NCBI RefSeq assembly: GCF_044704955.1 | Contig: NC_091999.1 | Span: 16,802,001 to 16,866,000, forward strand | Source of the DNA: Pristiophorus japonicus | Lineage: Eukaryota | Direction: 5' to 3' | Length of the DNA stretch: 64,000 bases | Shown here: in pieces, positions 36,920 through 50,400 of the stretch | Numbering within the stretch: the stretch's first letter is position 1 | How the letters are laid out: every line of letters starts with the position of its first letter | Program-made: the position numbers and the translations under genes | Notes under the pieces: generated by a model | The model's input: the letters and a program-made list of their open reading frames with translations, nothing else | Databases searched by the model: none | What the model was told of the DNA's origin: nothing

Positions 36920-39900
36920 TGTTTGGATCGATAATAATAGATCCAGGTTCGGGATCTGGATGAATGTTAAATAAGAGACAAGACAAATGAAGTAAAGATA
37001 AAACACCATTTACTGAGAGAAAGGAAACATCATACAGTTTACGAAGAAAAGAGAAGTATGATAAGATGCAACAAAGCTCACAGCCTTCGGCCCGTCGGGA
37101 AATCCGCAACGACAGCTGGTCAGGAGCCTTGGGGCTCCCGGCACCGCTCGCGAATCACGGTCCAAGGTGAAATTCAAAGAGGTCCTGAACAGTTCCGTTC
37201 CTTTATACTATTGAACAAACATGGGTGCATGTGGCTTATGGCCAACTCCTAATCTGTAAGGCCCCAGCTGTTCTTCCACAAAGCATGAAGCATCGAGGCG
37301 CCTATCGTCCCATAAATAAGATGGTGTGTGCATCAAGGTCTCTCTCTCTCTCTCTCTGCATCAACAACATTCCACGAGGCATGAAGCGGAATACACACTA
37401 TAAGTGTCGGAATATCATAATTAACCCTATGTGATTAACCCTATACAATACAATCCACCCTTGAAATTTAGACATTCTAAGTATTATAATCGAGTTGAAG
37501 GCGTAATGCATCAGTTACATGTTGTGTATGCGCAAGCAACGCCCGCAATCTACACCAAAGAATACATACAAGCAGTAATATCAGTAATAACGGGACGAGT
37601 AAAACAACAATAGGATGTATTAACAGCTTCAAAGTGGCGGATGTTTTTGGGGACCATCCTTAAAAGATGTCCCACCAATGGTGTACTGTAAGGTCAGTGA
37701 TCGTTGTCGCAACTCTGACCAATGTGCCTTCACTGTAACTCATAGCAACTTGCAGAGTATGAAGAGTACGCCCTCGTTTGCTCAATTCGTCAGTAACCTT
37801 TATGATTATCTTTTAGAAATTGAGCTTAACGAGTTAGGTCTACAATGGGAGGAAGGTTAGTAATTGTCTTGCGTACGATCAGTGTTAGCCTAACCGTCAC
37901 CCTATATGGCCATCTGATGCTGGGTTTGAGGATGGAAGTTGCACAGTCACAGATAACGAGACACAGATGCTGGCCAGCACGAGTTGGTAGGTCGCCATTT
38001 TGGGCAGATTCCTGTGGGAGGAAGCATAATTATATTAATTCAGCCCCGTTTAGTCAATTTACCCTTGTCAACAGAGAGAGGAATGTATTGACCGGTCAGG
38101 AGCACCCAATAAGTGTTTCCTTCTCCTTTCGCTAAGATTTCCCCTGCTTGTAAGCGTTTCTGGAGGTACTGCACCCACACTTTTCCTCCTTCACAAACTG
38201 TGTCCTGAGTCTGATTTCCTTTTTCAATAGTAGGGACACTAACTTTGCCTAACATGTGGCTTATGGAGTTCCCCCCACAATGGTCGGTGATTCAGATTGC
38301 GCACTGCTTGTGGGAAGACCTTTAACCATCCTTGCAATGTGTTAGTGGTAGTTAATATTTTAATCTGTTGCTTAAGTAATCCATTCATGCGTTCTATTAA
38401 CCCTGCAGCTTGCGGATAGTAAGGTATGTGAAACATCCAATAGATCTCGTTGTCTACCGCCCACTGTTGCACTGTTTGACCTGTGAAGTGCGACCCATTA
38501 TCGGATTGTACTTCTGCTGGCTCACCGTAGTATGTGATTAAATTCTCCAGTCCTTTAATCATACTTTGTTGATTCGCTTTAGACACTGGTTAAGCGATCA
38601 GAAATGTAGAATAGGTATCAACAACAATGAGCAAATATTGGAACCGTTGTTGCAATGGTAAAGGTCCTACATAATCAACTTGCCATGTTTCTGCTGGTTG
38701 AGTCCCTCTCTTAATATGGCACCGGGTTGTCGTTGTAGGCGGAAATGCTTCACCTTTAACACATTTCACAGGTGTTTATGATCTGTTTAACACCGTCCAT
38801 TGTCAAATGTAACCCCCCCATTTCGTGCCCACTGTATCGTACCCTGAATGCCCAAATGTCTAGATTTGTAGTGGGCCCACTTGCCTGTGCCATATTCTTC
38901 CTCTTCCGCCTGTTTGATAGCCCGTACCCGGGCTATATTATCAACGGTGTTATTATATTCAGAGGTCTTTGAAGTGTTTTTCATGTGAGTGTCCACATGA
39001 TATACAGTTATTTTCATCTCCTGGTCTTTGGACCATATTTGTTCCCATAGGTACTTTCCCTACAAGTCTTTCCCCGTTATTTGCCAGTTATGTTCATGCC
39101 AGTTTCGCATTCAGCCCGCCATGCCATTGGCTACTGCCCCTGAGTCAGTATATATGTGTACGTGTTGCCGTTTCTCTTCTAACGCAAGGACTACAGCTGC
39201 TAGTTCGGCTTGCTGGCTGGAGCCTCCCACGCCCTCATCATGCACAATTGTCTGGGTTTTTGTATTGAAGGCAGTGGCTCGCCATCGCCGAAGGCCATTT
39301 CGCCAGACCGCTGAGCCACCTGTGAACCAGGCATGGCTACGTTCTTCGGGTGTTAACTGTTCAAAAGGCACGCCCCAGGGGATCGGTGACTCTTTGCTTA
39401 AACTGACAGACGACTGCGTAAGTTCACTCTCAGCTGTTTGTGGGTATCCAGCCACATGCTCATGTAGTCGGGTGATTACTTCTTTCCCTTTACTTGCTCT
39501 GTCTGCGATATACCATTTCCAGCGCACTATGGAGCTTTGCTGCGCTCGCCCGATCTTGTGTGTCCCATTTTCTGAGAGAACCCACGATAAAATGGGTAGG
39601 TCTGGTCTTAAATTGACTTTGTCGTCCCCTGTCTGTCCTTCTGTTTTTGTAATGGCCCAATAACATGCTAATAATTTTTTCTCAAATGGAGTGTAACGAG
39701 CAGCAGCATCTGTCAATTTTCTAGACCAGAACCCTAACGGTATACGAGTGCCATGTTGAACCTGCCACAAACTTCATACTGCAGTATCATTGGTAACGGA
39801 TACCTGTAACTCAAAAGGCTGTCCAGGCACTCGTGGGGCTAGGGGTAAAGCTTGAGCTACGGCTTCTTTGGCTGCATCAAAAGCCACCTGTTGTTCCTTT

Positions 39901-42900
39901 CCCTACTCGAAGTGGGCCTTTTTTCGTGTTACGGCATACAACGGTTTTAAAAGCATCGTGAGGTGAGGTATATGTCTCCTCCAGTAACCCAATAGTCCCA
40001 CGAACCATTGTGCCTCAGCTTTATTCGTGGAGGTGGCCATTTCTTGAATTTTATTCTTCACAGGCTCGGGTATGATGCGCTCACCCCGAGACCATTGGAT
40101 CCCCAGAAACTGGACAATCTGGCTAGGGCCCTGCACCTTCTTCGGATTTATCTCCCAGCCCATATCTCACATGTGTTGGACTAAAGTAGCTAGGGCTTCT
40201 GACACCACAGCCTCGGTGGGATTTCTTATTAGTACATCATCGATGTAGTGTGCCAGTGAGACATTAGGAGCCAACGTGCACAACCAGGTCCCGGGCCACC
40301 AATCCGTGGCATAGGGTACGGCTATGTCGGTAACCTTGAGGTAGGCTTTTAAACGTGTATTGCCTCCCTTCACAAGTGAATGCAAACTGGTCCTGGGATT
40401 CTTCCGCTATTGGAATGGAGAAAAAGGCATTGGCCAGGTCGATTACCGCATACCACTCCGCACCTTCTTGAGACAGCCGCTCTGTTATAGTTACTACATC
40501 TGGGACAGCGGTTGCCAGGGGAGGGGCACATTTGTTCAGTTGTCGGTAATCCACAGTCATCCTCCAACTTTTGTTGGGTTTCTGCACACGCCAAACAGGG
40601 CTATTGTAGGGGGACACCACATGTCTAATGATTCCCGCCTCCAAGAGCCCTTGTATGGTTTCCTCTATTTCTTTGTGTCCCCCAGGTATTTGGTACTGTT
40701 TCATTGTCACTATACGCAATGGCTGTGGTATTACCACTTGTTCCCACTTTGCTTCCCCTGCAATCTCAGTGTTCGCCCGTATCCCGAATGAAAATTGCCT
40801 GAACGAGGTGTTGTGTGTGGTTCCCTTTAAAAGGTCCATCCCAATAATATGTTCCTTTACTGCCGATATTAATACCGTTACCCAGCGCAGAGACCAATTT
40901 CCCACCGCCATTCTGATAGTTGTTTGGACAGCGGGCGTTTCTGCCCCACGAAACCATTAATCATCATACAGGTCCCTGTGTGTTTCCTAGGATTTCCATG
41001 GATAATAGTAACTTCTGCCCCTGTGTCTAGTAAAGCAACATCTCTTTGTATGTTCCCCCCCGTCCCGTCAATGTATCATAATTGGAATGTGTGGCCTCAG
41101 ATCCCCGGGAACTTGGGTTGACGTGGTTCTAACAGGGAGTACTCCCGGATCCCAGTCACAACCCAGTCGAGGGGATTACTAGCCTTCCACAGCTCTTCTA
41201 CGCTGGGGTATAGACTAGTGGGAGGTGGTTTCTCCGCATCCACAGATTATCGCTATCCGACTTAGTCGCCCTTACCTCCCTCCTTTTAACCTTCCCTGTT
41301 CCCGGGACGCAGTGTTGCTTCCACATAGAATACATTGCTCCTGTTGGGATTCCATAAATTTTTTCCTTGGGGACCCCTGCTTTCAGTAAAGCCGCGTACA
41401 TGTCCCTCCGCACAATTCTTTTTTTTTGTCTTTCCTGAACTTATATCGTTCCCAGAGGTCGAACCTTGTCGCTGGTCCCGATTCCCCTCTACATTAGCCG
41501 TTCTCGACTCTCGCACACTATCTTCGACATTCTCTAACTGTCCTAACAACAGGAAAGCGTCCCCCACCCGCTTCTCTTGGGCTGGTCCCAATAATGTACG
41601 TAGCGCATCCCTCTTCATCAGCCTGCTCCGTATTCCTGCCGTAAAGAGCTCCTGATCTGGCCCCCCATATTGTTGGTGATATATTCTTCCCTGTGTTGCC
41701 ATCTTGCACAATTGTATCACACCCTCCAGCACAGTACTCCAAGGTTTTACCTTCCCTTCCCAATCAATGGCGGAGGGATATTTTTTCTGGACCCCTATAG
41801 TAACCATGTCCCATAGCGAACTTGTGCCCTGGACATTCCGTAGCATTGCTGTGATATGGTGGTCCGTAATCATAGTCCTCATTTTTGTTAATTCTTCAGG
41901 GTTAAATATTACGCCTGATGCTCCCTGATCCCAAATCCGGGTTAGCCATTCTGACAATGATTCCCGGGTTTTTGGCGAAATCGAGACCCTATTTCTTGTA
42001 ACTCACTAGTGGTGAAGTCACGCACCCCTCTAGTGGTTACCGGCTGTTCCCCATCTTGCTGTTTCGCCTTATTTATCATAAGGGTTTAGCTTTCGTGCTC
42101 GGATCATATGGGGGAGGGTTTTTAGTTTCCTCCCGTTCCCCCCCTCTCCATCTGACCATTCATATTCTGAGTCAGAGGATTACCAGATGTCTCCTTCCCA
42201 ATGAGCCGGATCCCAAGTGGGTCCAGCTACCAATGCACGTACCTTTGACCGATCTATCTGCAATTTCCGTCGTCTGGCTTTTTAATAATGTTGTACTGTC
42301 ACCAGATGGCATATTAAAGTTTCTGATTGTTCATTGAGCTTGTCCACCCGTTATTGTGCAGTGCGGACCGCTTCAGTGAGAGTCGAGTTTTGACTTTCGA
42401 AAAACTTAACAGCTGTTTTTAACTCTAGGTTTTCTGCCTCACTTTCCTTAAGTTGTTTACACATCGTCCTTAATGCTGTCAACAAAATTCATCCCATTTG
42501 TGAGGGATTACTTTTCTCCTGTGGGACGCCCGCTTCCTCCAGGAGAGACAGTACCGCGTGGGCTACGGTTCTATCTTTGCTCTGTTCCAATAACTGCATA
42601 TCCCAATGTTGTGGGGGTGCAAACTGGGCTAGCACATTGGCAAGAGAGCCAAAACCCTCATCCCTCATGCTCCACCCTGGTATTCTATACTTCTCTCCCG
42701 CAGGAGGAGACTGCTCCTTGTCTTTTCTCATAAACATTTTACCAGATCCTGTTCATGACACCAACATTTTTTGGATCGATAATAATAGACCCAGGTTCGG
42801 GATCTGGATGGATGTTAAATAAGAGACACGACAAATGAAGTAAAGATAAAACACCGTTTACTGAGGGAAAAGAAACATAATACAGTTTACAAAGAAAAGA

Positions 42901-43301
42901 GAAGTATGATAAGATGCAACAAAGCTCACAGCTTTCGGCCCACCGGGAACTCCACAACGATGGCTGGTCTGGAGCCTTGGGGGTCCCGGCACCGCTCGCG
43001 AATCACGGTTCAAGGTGAAGTTCAAAGAGCTACTGAACAGTTCCATTCCTTTATACTATTGAACAAACGTGGGTGCATGTGGCTTATGGTCAACTCCTAA
43101 TCAGTAAGGCCCCAGCTGTTCTTCCACAAAGCATGAGACCTCGAGGCGCCGACCGTCCCATAAACAAGATGGTGTGTGCATCAAGTTCTCTCTCTCTCTC
43201 TCTCTCTGCATCAACAACATTCCACTCGGCATGAAGCAGAAACATACTGTAAATGTCGAAATATCATAATTAACCCTATGTGATTAACCCTATACAATAC
43301 A
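36920..43301 (-). mobile_element. Class III (ERV-L-like) endogenous retrovirus: two LTRs, gag-pro-pol, internally deleted env
   Basis: LTRs 36920-37452 and 42768-43301; PBS TGGTGTCA.. at 42746-42763 (tRNA-Leu-like); PPT next to 37453; protease LLDTGAEVTII; RT IDLANAFF and YIDD; RNase H QQAEL and IYTDS; integrase SDNGSHF and PYYPQAAGLIERMNG. Confidence 0.93.
37477..37683 (-). pseudogene. env: ERV env C-terminal remnant (membrane-proximal region plus transmembrane helix)
   Basis: Manual translation HHWWDIF*GWSPKTSATLKLLIHPIVVLLVPLLLILLLVCILWCRLR...* ending just before the PPT. Confidence 0.8.
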
Positions 43302-43314
43302 GGGGCCGCACCAC

Positions 43315-43535
43315 TTGCACACGCCGATTGGTTGGAAGACTAAGCGCTCACCCAGTCCTCCAGCTCCACAACTGCTTTCCCTATTGGTCGGGAGCTGCCA
43401 TCAATCAGCCAGGCAGTGTGAGCTGAGCATGCTCAGTGGGCGAGACAGGGGGTCAGAGATGGGTGGAGGGAGGCAGCGAGTTAATAAAGGACGCGCTTAT
43501 TTGTACTGCAAAAATGGCCGCCATGTTCCAACCAT
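43315..43535 (+). promoter_or_regulatory. Promoter-like CpG segment paralogous to 26250-26340
   Basis: CCGATTGGTTGGA...ATTGGTCGG..GCT...TCAATCAG shared with the 26 kb island; YY1-like AAAATGGC at ~43512. Confidence 0.55.
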
Positions 43536-43702
43536 TTTCCATGATTGGTTCCTTTGGAGGATGAGCCAAATCCTGAGGTTTCACTCGAATGTGTAACTGA
43601 AAACACCCATCCCAACGTATCATTGACTTGCAAATTGTAACTTGATCCACTTTGATTTCCTGAAACAACAGAGGCAGAGCTCCCAGAAGACAGCGACTGC
43701 TA

Positions 43703-44525
43703 GCCAAAGTGCCTTGCCCCAATCCCAGTGCACCCCTCCCCAGCCGAAGTGCCTTACTCCAGTCGCAGTTCAGGCCTCCCCCAGCCGAAGTGCCTTACCC
43801 CAGTCCCAGTGCATGCCTCCCCCATCTGAAGTGCCTTACCGCAGTCCCAGTGCCCGCCTCCCCCAGCCGAAGTGCCTTACCCCAGTCCCAGTATATGCCT
43901 CCCCTAGGCGAAGTGCCTTACCTCAGTATATGCCTCCCCCAGCCAAAGTGCCTTACCCCAGTCGCGGTGGAAGTCTCCTCCAGCCGAAGTGCCTTACCAC
44001 AGTCCCAGTGCATTCTGTCCCCAGCCGAAGTGCCTTACACCAGTCCCAGTGCATGCCTCCCCCAGCCGAAGTGCCCTACCCCAGTCCCAGTATATGCATC
44101 CCCCCGCCAAAGTGCCTTACTTCAGTCCAGTGCATGCCCCCACCCCAGCTAAATTGCCTTCCCCTTTCCCAATGCATGCCTCCCACAGCCCAAGTGCCTT
44201 ACCCTAGTCCCAGGGCACGCCTCCCCCAGCTGAAGTGCCTTACCACAGATCGAGCGTATGCCCCCCCAGCTGAAGTGTCTTACCCCAGTCCAAGTGCATG
44301 CCTCCCCCAGCCGATGTGCCTTACCGCAGTCCCAGTGCCCGCCTCTCCCAGCCGAAGTGCCTTACCCCAGTCCCAGTGCATGCCTCCCCATCTGAAATGC
44401 CTTACCCCAGTCCCAGTGTATGCATCGCGCAGCCGAAGTGCCTTACCCCAATCCCAGTGCATGCCTCCCCCATTCGAAGTGCCTTACCCCAGTCCCAGTG
44501 TATGCCTCCCCCAGCCGAAGTGCCA
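43703..44525. repeat. ~41-bp minisatellite x~20 (CAGCCGAAGTGCCTTACCCCAGTCCCAGTGCATGCCTCCCC)
   Basis: Tandem copies. Confidence 0.95.
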
Positions 44526-44559
44526 GTTTTATTTCACTGCACCACATGCATGGAATGAT

Positions 44560-44935
44560 TCGGGCCCGGATGGGGCGGGGCTTGTCGCCTGTCAGTCACA
44601 AAGTGCAGAACCAATAGTTCCCTGCGTTAATAAACCCAGGGCGGGACACACAGCAAGAGTGCGGGCCCAGGCCCGAGAGACAAAAATCCGCACCATCATC
44701 TTCACACACACCCGGGCTCGTCACCAAGAACCGAAGCACAGGCCGGTTCCAGGCCCAGTCAGTGAGCGCCCGGGGGAGCGGGCACAGCGGCCGCCATCTT
44801 GGTCAGGTTGGGGGAGAGGGCTCAGTGGTCGCCATCTTGGTTAGGGTGGGTCTCGGGGCGCATGCGCGGCCCTTTGGGCAGGGATAATGGATGGGCGGGG
44901 CTTCAGCATGTCTGTCAGTTTGATTGGACACATGT
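44560..44935 (-). promoter_or_regulatory. CpG-island promoter, probably leftward
   Basis: Two YY1 motifs CGCCATCTT (~44792, ~44830), NRF1 palindrome GCGCATGCGC (44858-44867), GC box (~44893), CCAAT on minus (~44923). Confidence 0.7.
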
Positions 44936-44987
44936 TTGTGACCAGGTCAGTAGCCCCTGACAGGGAGCCTTGTTGTGCTGATTGTTG

Positions 44988-45720
44988 TCTCACCCTAATG
45001 GGCCAGCCCGGGCTCACACTATTGGGCAGGCCCGTCTCACCCTATTGGGCCAGCACGGGTTCACCCTAATGGGCCAGCCTGGGCTCACCCTATTGTGCCA
45101 GCACTGGCTCACCCTATTGGGCCAGCCAGGGCTCACACTATTGGGCAGGCCCGTCTCACCCTATTGGGCCAGCATGGGTTCACCCTATTGGGCCAGCCTG
45201 GGCTCATCCTGTTGAGCCAGCCTGGGCTCGACATATTGAGCCAGCCCGGGCTCGCCCAATTGTACCAACCCGGTTCACTCTATTGGGCCAGCATGGGTTC
45301 ACCCTATTGGGCCAGCATGTGCTCAACCTATTGGGCCAGCCCGGGCTCACCCTATTCGGCCAGCTCGGGCTCACCCTATTGGGCCAGCCAGGGCTCACAC
45401 TATTGGGCAGGCCCGTCTCACCCTATTGGGCCAGCACGGGTTCACCCTATTGGGCCAGCCTGGGCTCACCCTGTTGAGCCAGCCTGGGCTCGACATATTG
45501 AGCCATGCCGGGCTCGCCCAATTGGACCAACCCGGTTCACTCTATTGGGCCAGCATGGGTTCACCCTATTGGGCCAGCATGTGCTCACCCTATTGGGCCA
45601 GCCCGGGCTCACCCTGTTCGGCCAGCTCGGGCTCACCCTATTGGGCAAGCCTGGCTCATTCTATTGGGCCAGCACAGGCTCACCCGATTGCGCCAGCACA
45701 GGCTCACCCTCTTGGGGGCC
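44988..45720. repeat. ~24-bp minisatellite (CTCACCCTATTGGGCCAGCCCGGG) x~30 with ~260-bp higher-order duplication
   Basis: Variant unit CTCGACATATTGAGCC recurs at ~45226 and ~45489. Confidence 0.94.
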
Positions 45721-46279
45721 ATTCTCCGGTGTTGTGCTACCTTGAGCGTTTGTATCAGATTTCTAACCCGTAATGTACCTGCCCTGGGAGAGTTTGATGG
45801 GACAGTGAAAGGTAGACTTACTCTGCCGTGTACTGAACTGTGACAATCTGTGACACAACGGAGTGCTGTTTTTTAATAGAACCTGCCATGTGACTGTGAC
45901 AGACCATAATATTAGAGGAGATTGCATGGTGCACCTGGTCGTTGTGCCGTAATTCCGCCTCTGGAACCGGATACAACAAGGCAGTGGTAGAGGTGTCTTT
46001 AATCCGATGGGACACTGGGTGGTCCCGTGGGTCCTTCACCAACGGGACTTGGGTTCAATCACAACCCAGACAGGACGGGTGAAATATACCTGTCAGGCAA
46101 ATAAAACACAGTGTGACAGGAAAAATGGAGCGGTGTACAGGAGCCATGGAGAAAATCCAAGTTACTTCAATTTGTCATTCCAGATTTATTAACAATTTCA
46201 CGGAAAACAATTTACAGGGAAGTGTAAAAACGTGAACACAAAGTGAATATAACTGAGCAATACATTGAGAACCGAACAC

Positions 46280-46662
46280 AGGCGGATTGGGCCTATAGTC
46301 TCTGGAATTTAAATTAATGAGAGGTGATCTGATTGAAACATAAGATTCTGAGGGCGCTTGACAAGTTAAATGCAGAAGGTTTGTTTACCCCGCCATTTAA
46401 GACGGAGATGAGGAGGAATTTCTTCACTTAGAGGGTTGTGAATGTTTGGAATTCCCTGCCACAGACGGCTGTGGATGCTGAGTCTCTAAATATATTCAAG
46501 ACTCAAATAGTTAGATTTTTGGAACCTAGGAGAAGCAAGGGATATGCTATCATGCGGGAAAGTGGAGTTGAGGTCGATGTTCAGCCCTGATCTTATTGAA
46601 TGGCGGAGCAGACTCGAGGGGCCGTAGGGCCTACTCCTGCTCCTATTTCTTATGTTCTTATG
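46280..46662 (+). mobile_element. CR1 3' fragment
   Basis: EMRRNFFT.RVVNVWNSLP and TTCTTATG tail. Confidence 0.87.
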
Positions 46663-47015
46663 TCGGAGCTGCCGCTATCTGCACAGTTGTGACAGACATC
46701 AGAGCGAGTGAACAGGGGCTCAGCATAAAGGGAAGGGAACACTTGTGAATAAGAATGAGAAAAGTTATTTATTTACACATGAAATGTACAAGGCACGGTG
46801 AAACTCTGAGATGCAGTTACATTACAGCCACAATTATCGAACACATTTCAAACAGAAAGACGGAAATCCCAGTTATATATTTCTCAGCGACTGATTCGGA
46901 TCTAGTAACTGAAGGTAGTTTACTCTGAGAATCACCAAGAGAACATATTTTATTTTTAGTGACACAGGGATGATAAACAGATGAGAAACATCCACGGCGG
47001 CCGAAATTCAGACCA

Positions 47016-47024
47016 TCATTTGAG
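47016..47024 (-). CDS. IGHM: IgM heavy chain TM2 exon coding part (LK-stop)
   Basis: CTTTTACAG|CTC AAA TGA, phase 0 matching TM1; candidate AATAAA on minus at ~46948 and ~46768. Confidence 0.85.
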   Translation of the reverse strand, partial: LK

Positions 47025-47164
47025 CTGTAAAAGAGGGATAAAAGAATGAAGCGGAGGTTTAGTGGTCTGGGGCATTTATCTCAGGGTTTATATTAATGAA
47101 ACATCCAGAGATTTGTCAAACGGCTTCAGTCAGATGGAAGTGTGAGCGGATTGAATCTTCCCAC

Positions 47165-47292
47165 CTTCACGAGCGTGACGGCAGCGCTGTAGGAAATGCT
47201 CAGGAAGAACAGGATGATGAATGTGGAAGCTGTTGTCCAGATGTTGCCGCTCTCGTCCTCATAGTCTTCATTCCAGATGTGGTCTGAGGAAT
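47165..47292 (-). CDS. IGHM: IgM heavy chain TM1 exon
   Basis: TAG|..|GT; translates DSSDHIWNEDYEDESGNIWTTASTFIILFFLSISYSAAVTLVK, the conserved antigen-receptor TM motif. Absent from the ORF track. Confidence 0.96.
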
Positions 47293-47487
47293 CTACGGGG
47301 ATGTAGGGGAGGAAATATATTCAGATCGTTTATTAATCCCGGGTATCATACTATTATTTTATATTCTCTTTTTTTCACCTTAAAGTATTAGTTTGATCTT
47401 TAATTGGACTTTCAATGTATATTTTGTGTTATGTTAATCACTCTCAGCAATCTCTCACTGTTCCTCACTCCACTGCCGCTCTTCCAT

Positions 47488-50400
47488 TATAGAAACATAG
47501 AAACATAGAAACATAGAAAATAGGTGCAGGAGTAGGCCATTCGGCCCTTCTAGCCTACACCGCCATTCAATGAGTTCATGGCTGAACATGCAACTTCAGT
47601 ACCCCCTTCCTGTTTTCTCACTATACCCCTTGATTCCCCTAGTAGTAAGGACTTCATCTAACTCCTTTTTGAATATATTTAGTGAATTGGCCTCAACAAC
47701 TTTCTGTGGTAGAGAATTCCACAGGTTCACCACTCTCTGGGTGAAGAAATTCCTCCTCATCTCGGTCCTAAATGGCTTCCCCCTTATCCTTAGACTGTGT
47801 CCCCTGGTTCTGGACTTCCCCAACATTGGGAACATTCATCCTGCGTCTAACCTGTCTAAACCCGTCAGAATTTTAAACGTTTCTATGAGGTCCCCTCTCA
47901 TTCTTCTGAACTCCAGTGAATACAAGCCCAGTTGATCCAGTCTTTTTTGATAGGTCAGTCCCGCCATCCCGGGAATCGGTCTGGTGAACCTTCGCTGCAC
48001 TCCCTCAATAGCAAGAATGTCCTTCCTTAGGTTAGGAGACCAAAACTGTACACAATACTCCAGGTGTGGCCTCACCAAGGCCCTGTACAATTGTAGCAAC
48101 ACCTCCCTGCCCCTGTACTCAATGCCCCTCGCTATGAAGGCCAACATGCCATTTGCTTTCTTAACCGCCTGCTGTAGCTGCATGCCAACCTTCAATGACT
48201 GATGTACCATGACACCCAGGTCTCTTTGCACCTCCCCTTTTCCTAATCTGTCACCATTCAGATAATAGTCTGTCTCTCTGTTTTTATCACCAAAGTGGAT
48301 AACCTCACATTTATCCATATTATACTTTATCTGCCATGCATTTGCCCACTCACCCACCCTATCCAAGTCGCTCTACAGCATCATAGCATCCTCTTCGCAG
48401 CTCACACTGCCACCCAACTTAGTGTCATCCGCAAATTTGGAGATACTACATTTAATCCCCTCATCTAAATCATTAATGTACAGTGTAAACAGCTGGGGCC
48501 CCAGCACAGAACCTTGCGGTACCCCACTAGTCACTGCCTGCCATTATGAAAAGTCCCATTTACTCCTACTCTTTGCTTCCTGTCTGACAACGAGTTCTCA
48601 ATCCATGTCAGCAAACTACCCCAATCCCATGTGCTTTAACTTTGCACATTAATCTCTTGTGTGGGACCTTGTCGAAAGCCTTCTGAAAGTCCAAATATAC
48701 CACATCACCTGGTTCTCCCTTGTCCACTCCATTGGAAACATCCTCAAAAAATTTCAGAAGATTTGTCAAGCATGATTTCCCTTTCACAAATCCATGCTGA
48801 CTTGGACTTGTTATATTACCTATTACCAAATGCACTGCTATGACATCCTTAATAATTGATTCCATCATTTTACCCACTACCCATGTCAGGCTGACCGGTC
48901 TATAATTCCCTGTTTTCTCTATCCCTCCTTTTTTAAAAAGTGGGGTTACATTGGCTACGCTCCACTCCATAGGAACTGATCCACAGTCAATGGAATGTTG
49001 GAAAATGACTGTCAATGCATCCACTATTTCCAAGGCCACCTCCTTAAGTACTCTGGGATGCAGTCCATCAGGCCCTGGGGATTTATCGGCCTTCAATCCC
49101 ATCAATTTCCCCAACACAGTTTCCCGACTAATAAGGATTTCCCTCAGTTCCTCCTCCTTACTCGACCCTCCGACCCCTTTTATATCCGGAAGGTTGTTTG
49201 TGCCCTCCTCAGTGATTACCGAACCAAAGTACTTGTTCAATTGGTCCGCCATTTCTTTGTTCCCCGTTATGACTTCCCCTGATTCTGACTGCAGGGGACC
49301 TACGTTTGTCTTTACTAACCTTTTTCTCTTTACATATCTATAGAAACTTTTGCAATCCGTCTTAATGTTCCCTGCAAGCTTCTTCTCGTACTCCTTTTTC
49401 CCTGCCCTAATCAAACCCTTTGTCCTCCTCTGCTGAGTTCTAAATTTCTCCCAGTCCCCGGGTTCGCTGCTATTTCTGGCCAATTTGTATGCCACTTCCT
49501 TGGCTTTAATGCTATCCCTGATTTCCCTTGATAGCCACGGTTGAGCCACCTTCCCTTTTTTATTTTTACGCCAGACAGGAATGTACAATTGTTGTAGTTC
49601 ATCCATGCGGTCTCTAAATGTCTGCCATTGCCCATCCACAATCAACCCCTTCAGTATCATTCGCCAATCTATCCTAGCCAATTCACGCCTCATACCTTCA
49701 AAGTTACCCTTCTTTAAGTTCTGGACCATGGTCTCTGAATTAACTGTTTCATTCTCCATCCTAATGTAGAATTCCACCTTATTATGGTCACTCTTCCCCA
49801 AGGGGCCTCGCACAACGAGATTGCTAATTAATCCTCTCTCATTACACAACACCCAGTCTAAGATGGCCTCCCCCCTAGTTGGTTCCTCGACATATTGGTC
49901 TAAAAAAACATCCCTTATGCACTCCAGGAAATCCTCCTCCAACGTATTGCTTCCAGTTTGGTTAACCCAATCTATGAGCATATTAAAGTCACCCATTATA
50001 ACTGCTGCACCTTTATTGCACGCACCCCTAATTTCATGTTTGATGCCCTCCCCAACATCACTACTACTGTTTGGAGGTCTGTACACAACTCCCACTAACG
50101 TTTTTTGTCCTTTGGTATTCTGGAGCTCTACCCATATAGATTCCACATCATCCAAGCTAATGTCCTTCCGAACTATTGCCTTAATTTGCTCCTTCACCAG
50201 CAATGCTACCTCACCTCCTTTTCCTTTTATTCTATCTTTCCTGAATGTTGAATACCCCTGGATGTTGAGTTCCCAGCCCTGATCATCCTGGAGCCACGTC
50301 TCCGTAATCCCAATCACGTCATATTTGTTAACATCTATTTGCACAGTTAATTAATCCACATTGTTGCGGATACTCCTTGCATTAAGACACAAAGCCTTCA

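Noticed and set aside
43642-45843. 400-aa and 216-aa ORFs
   Set aside because: Translations of the 41-bp and 24-bp minisatellites.
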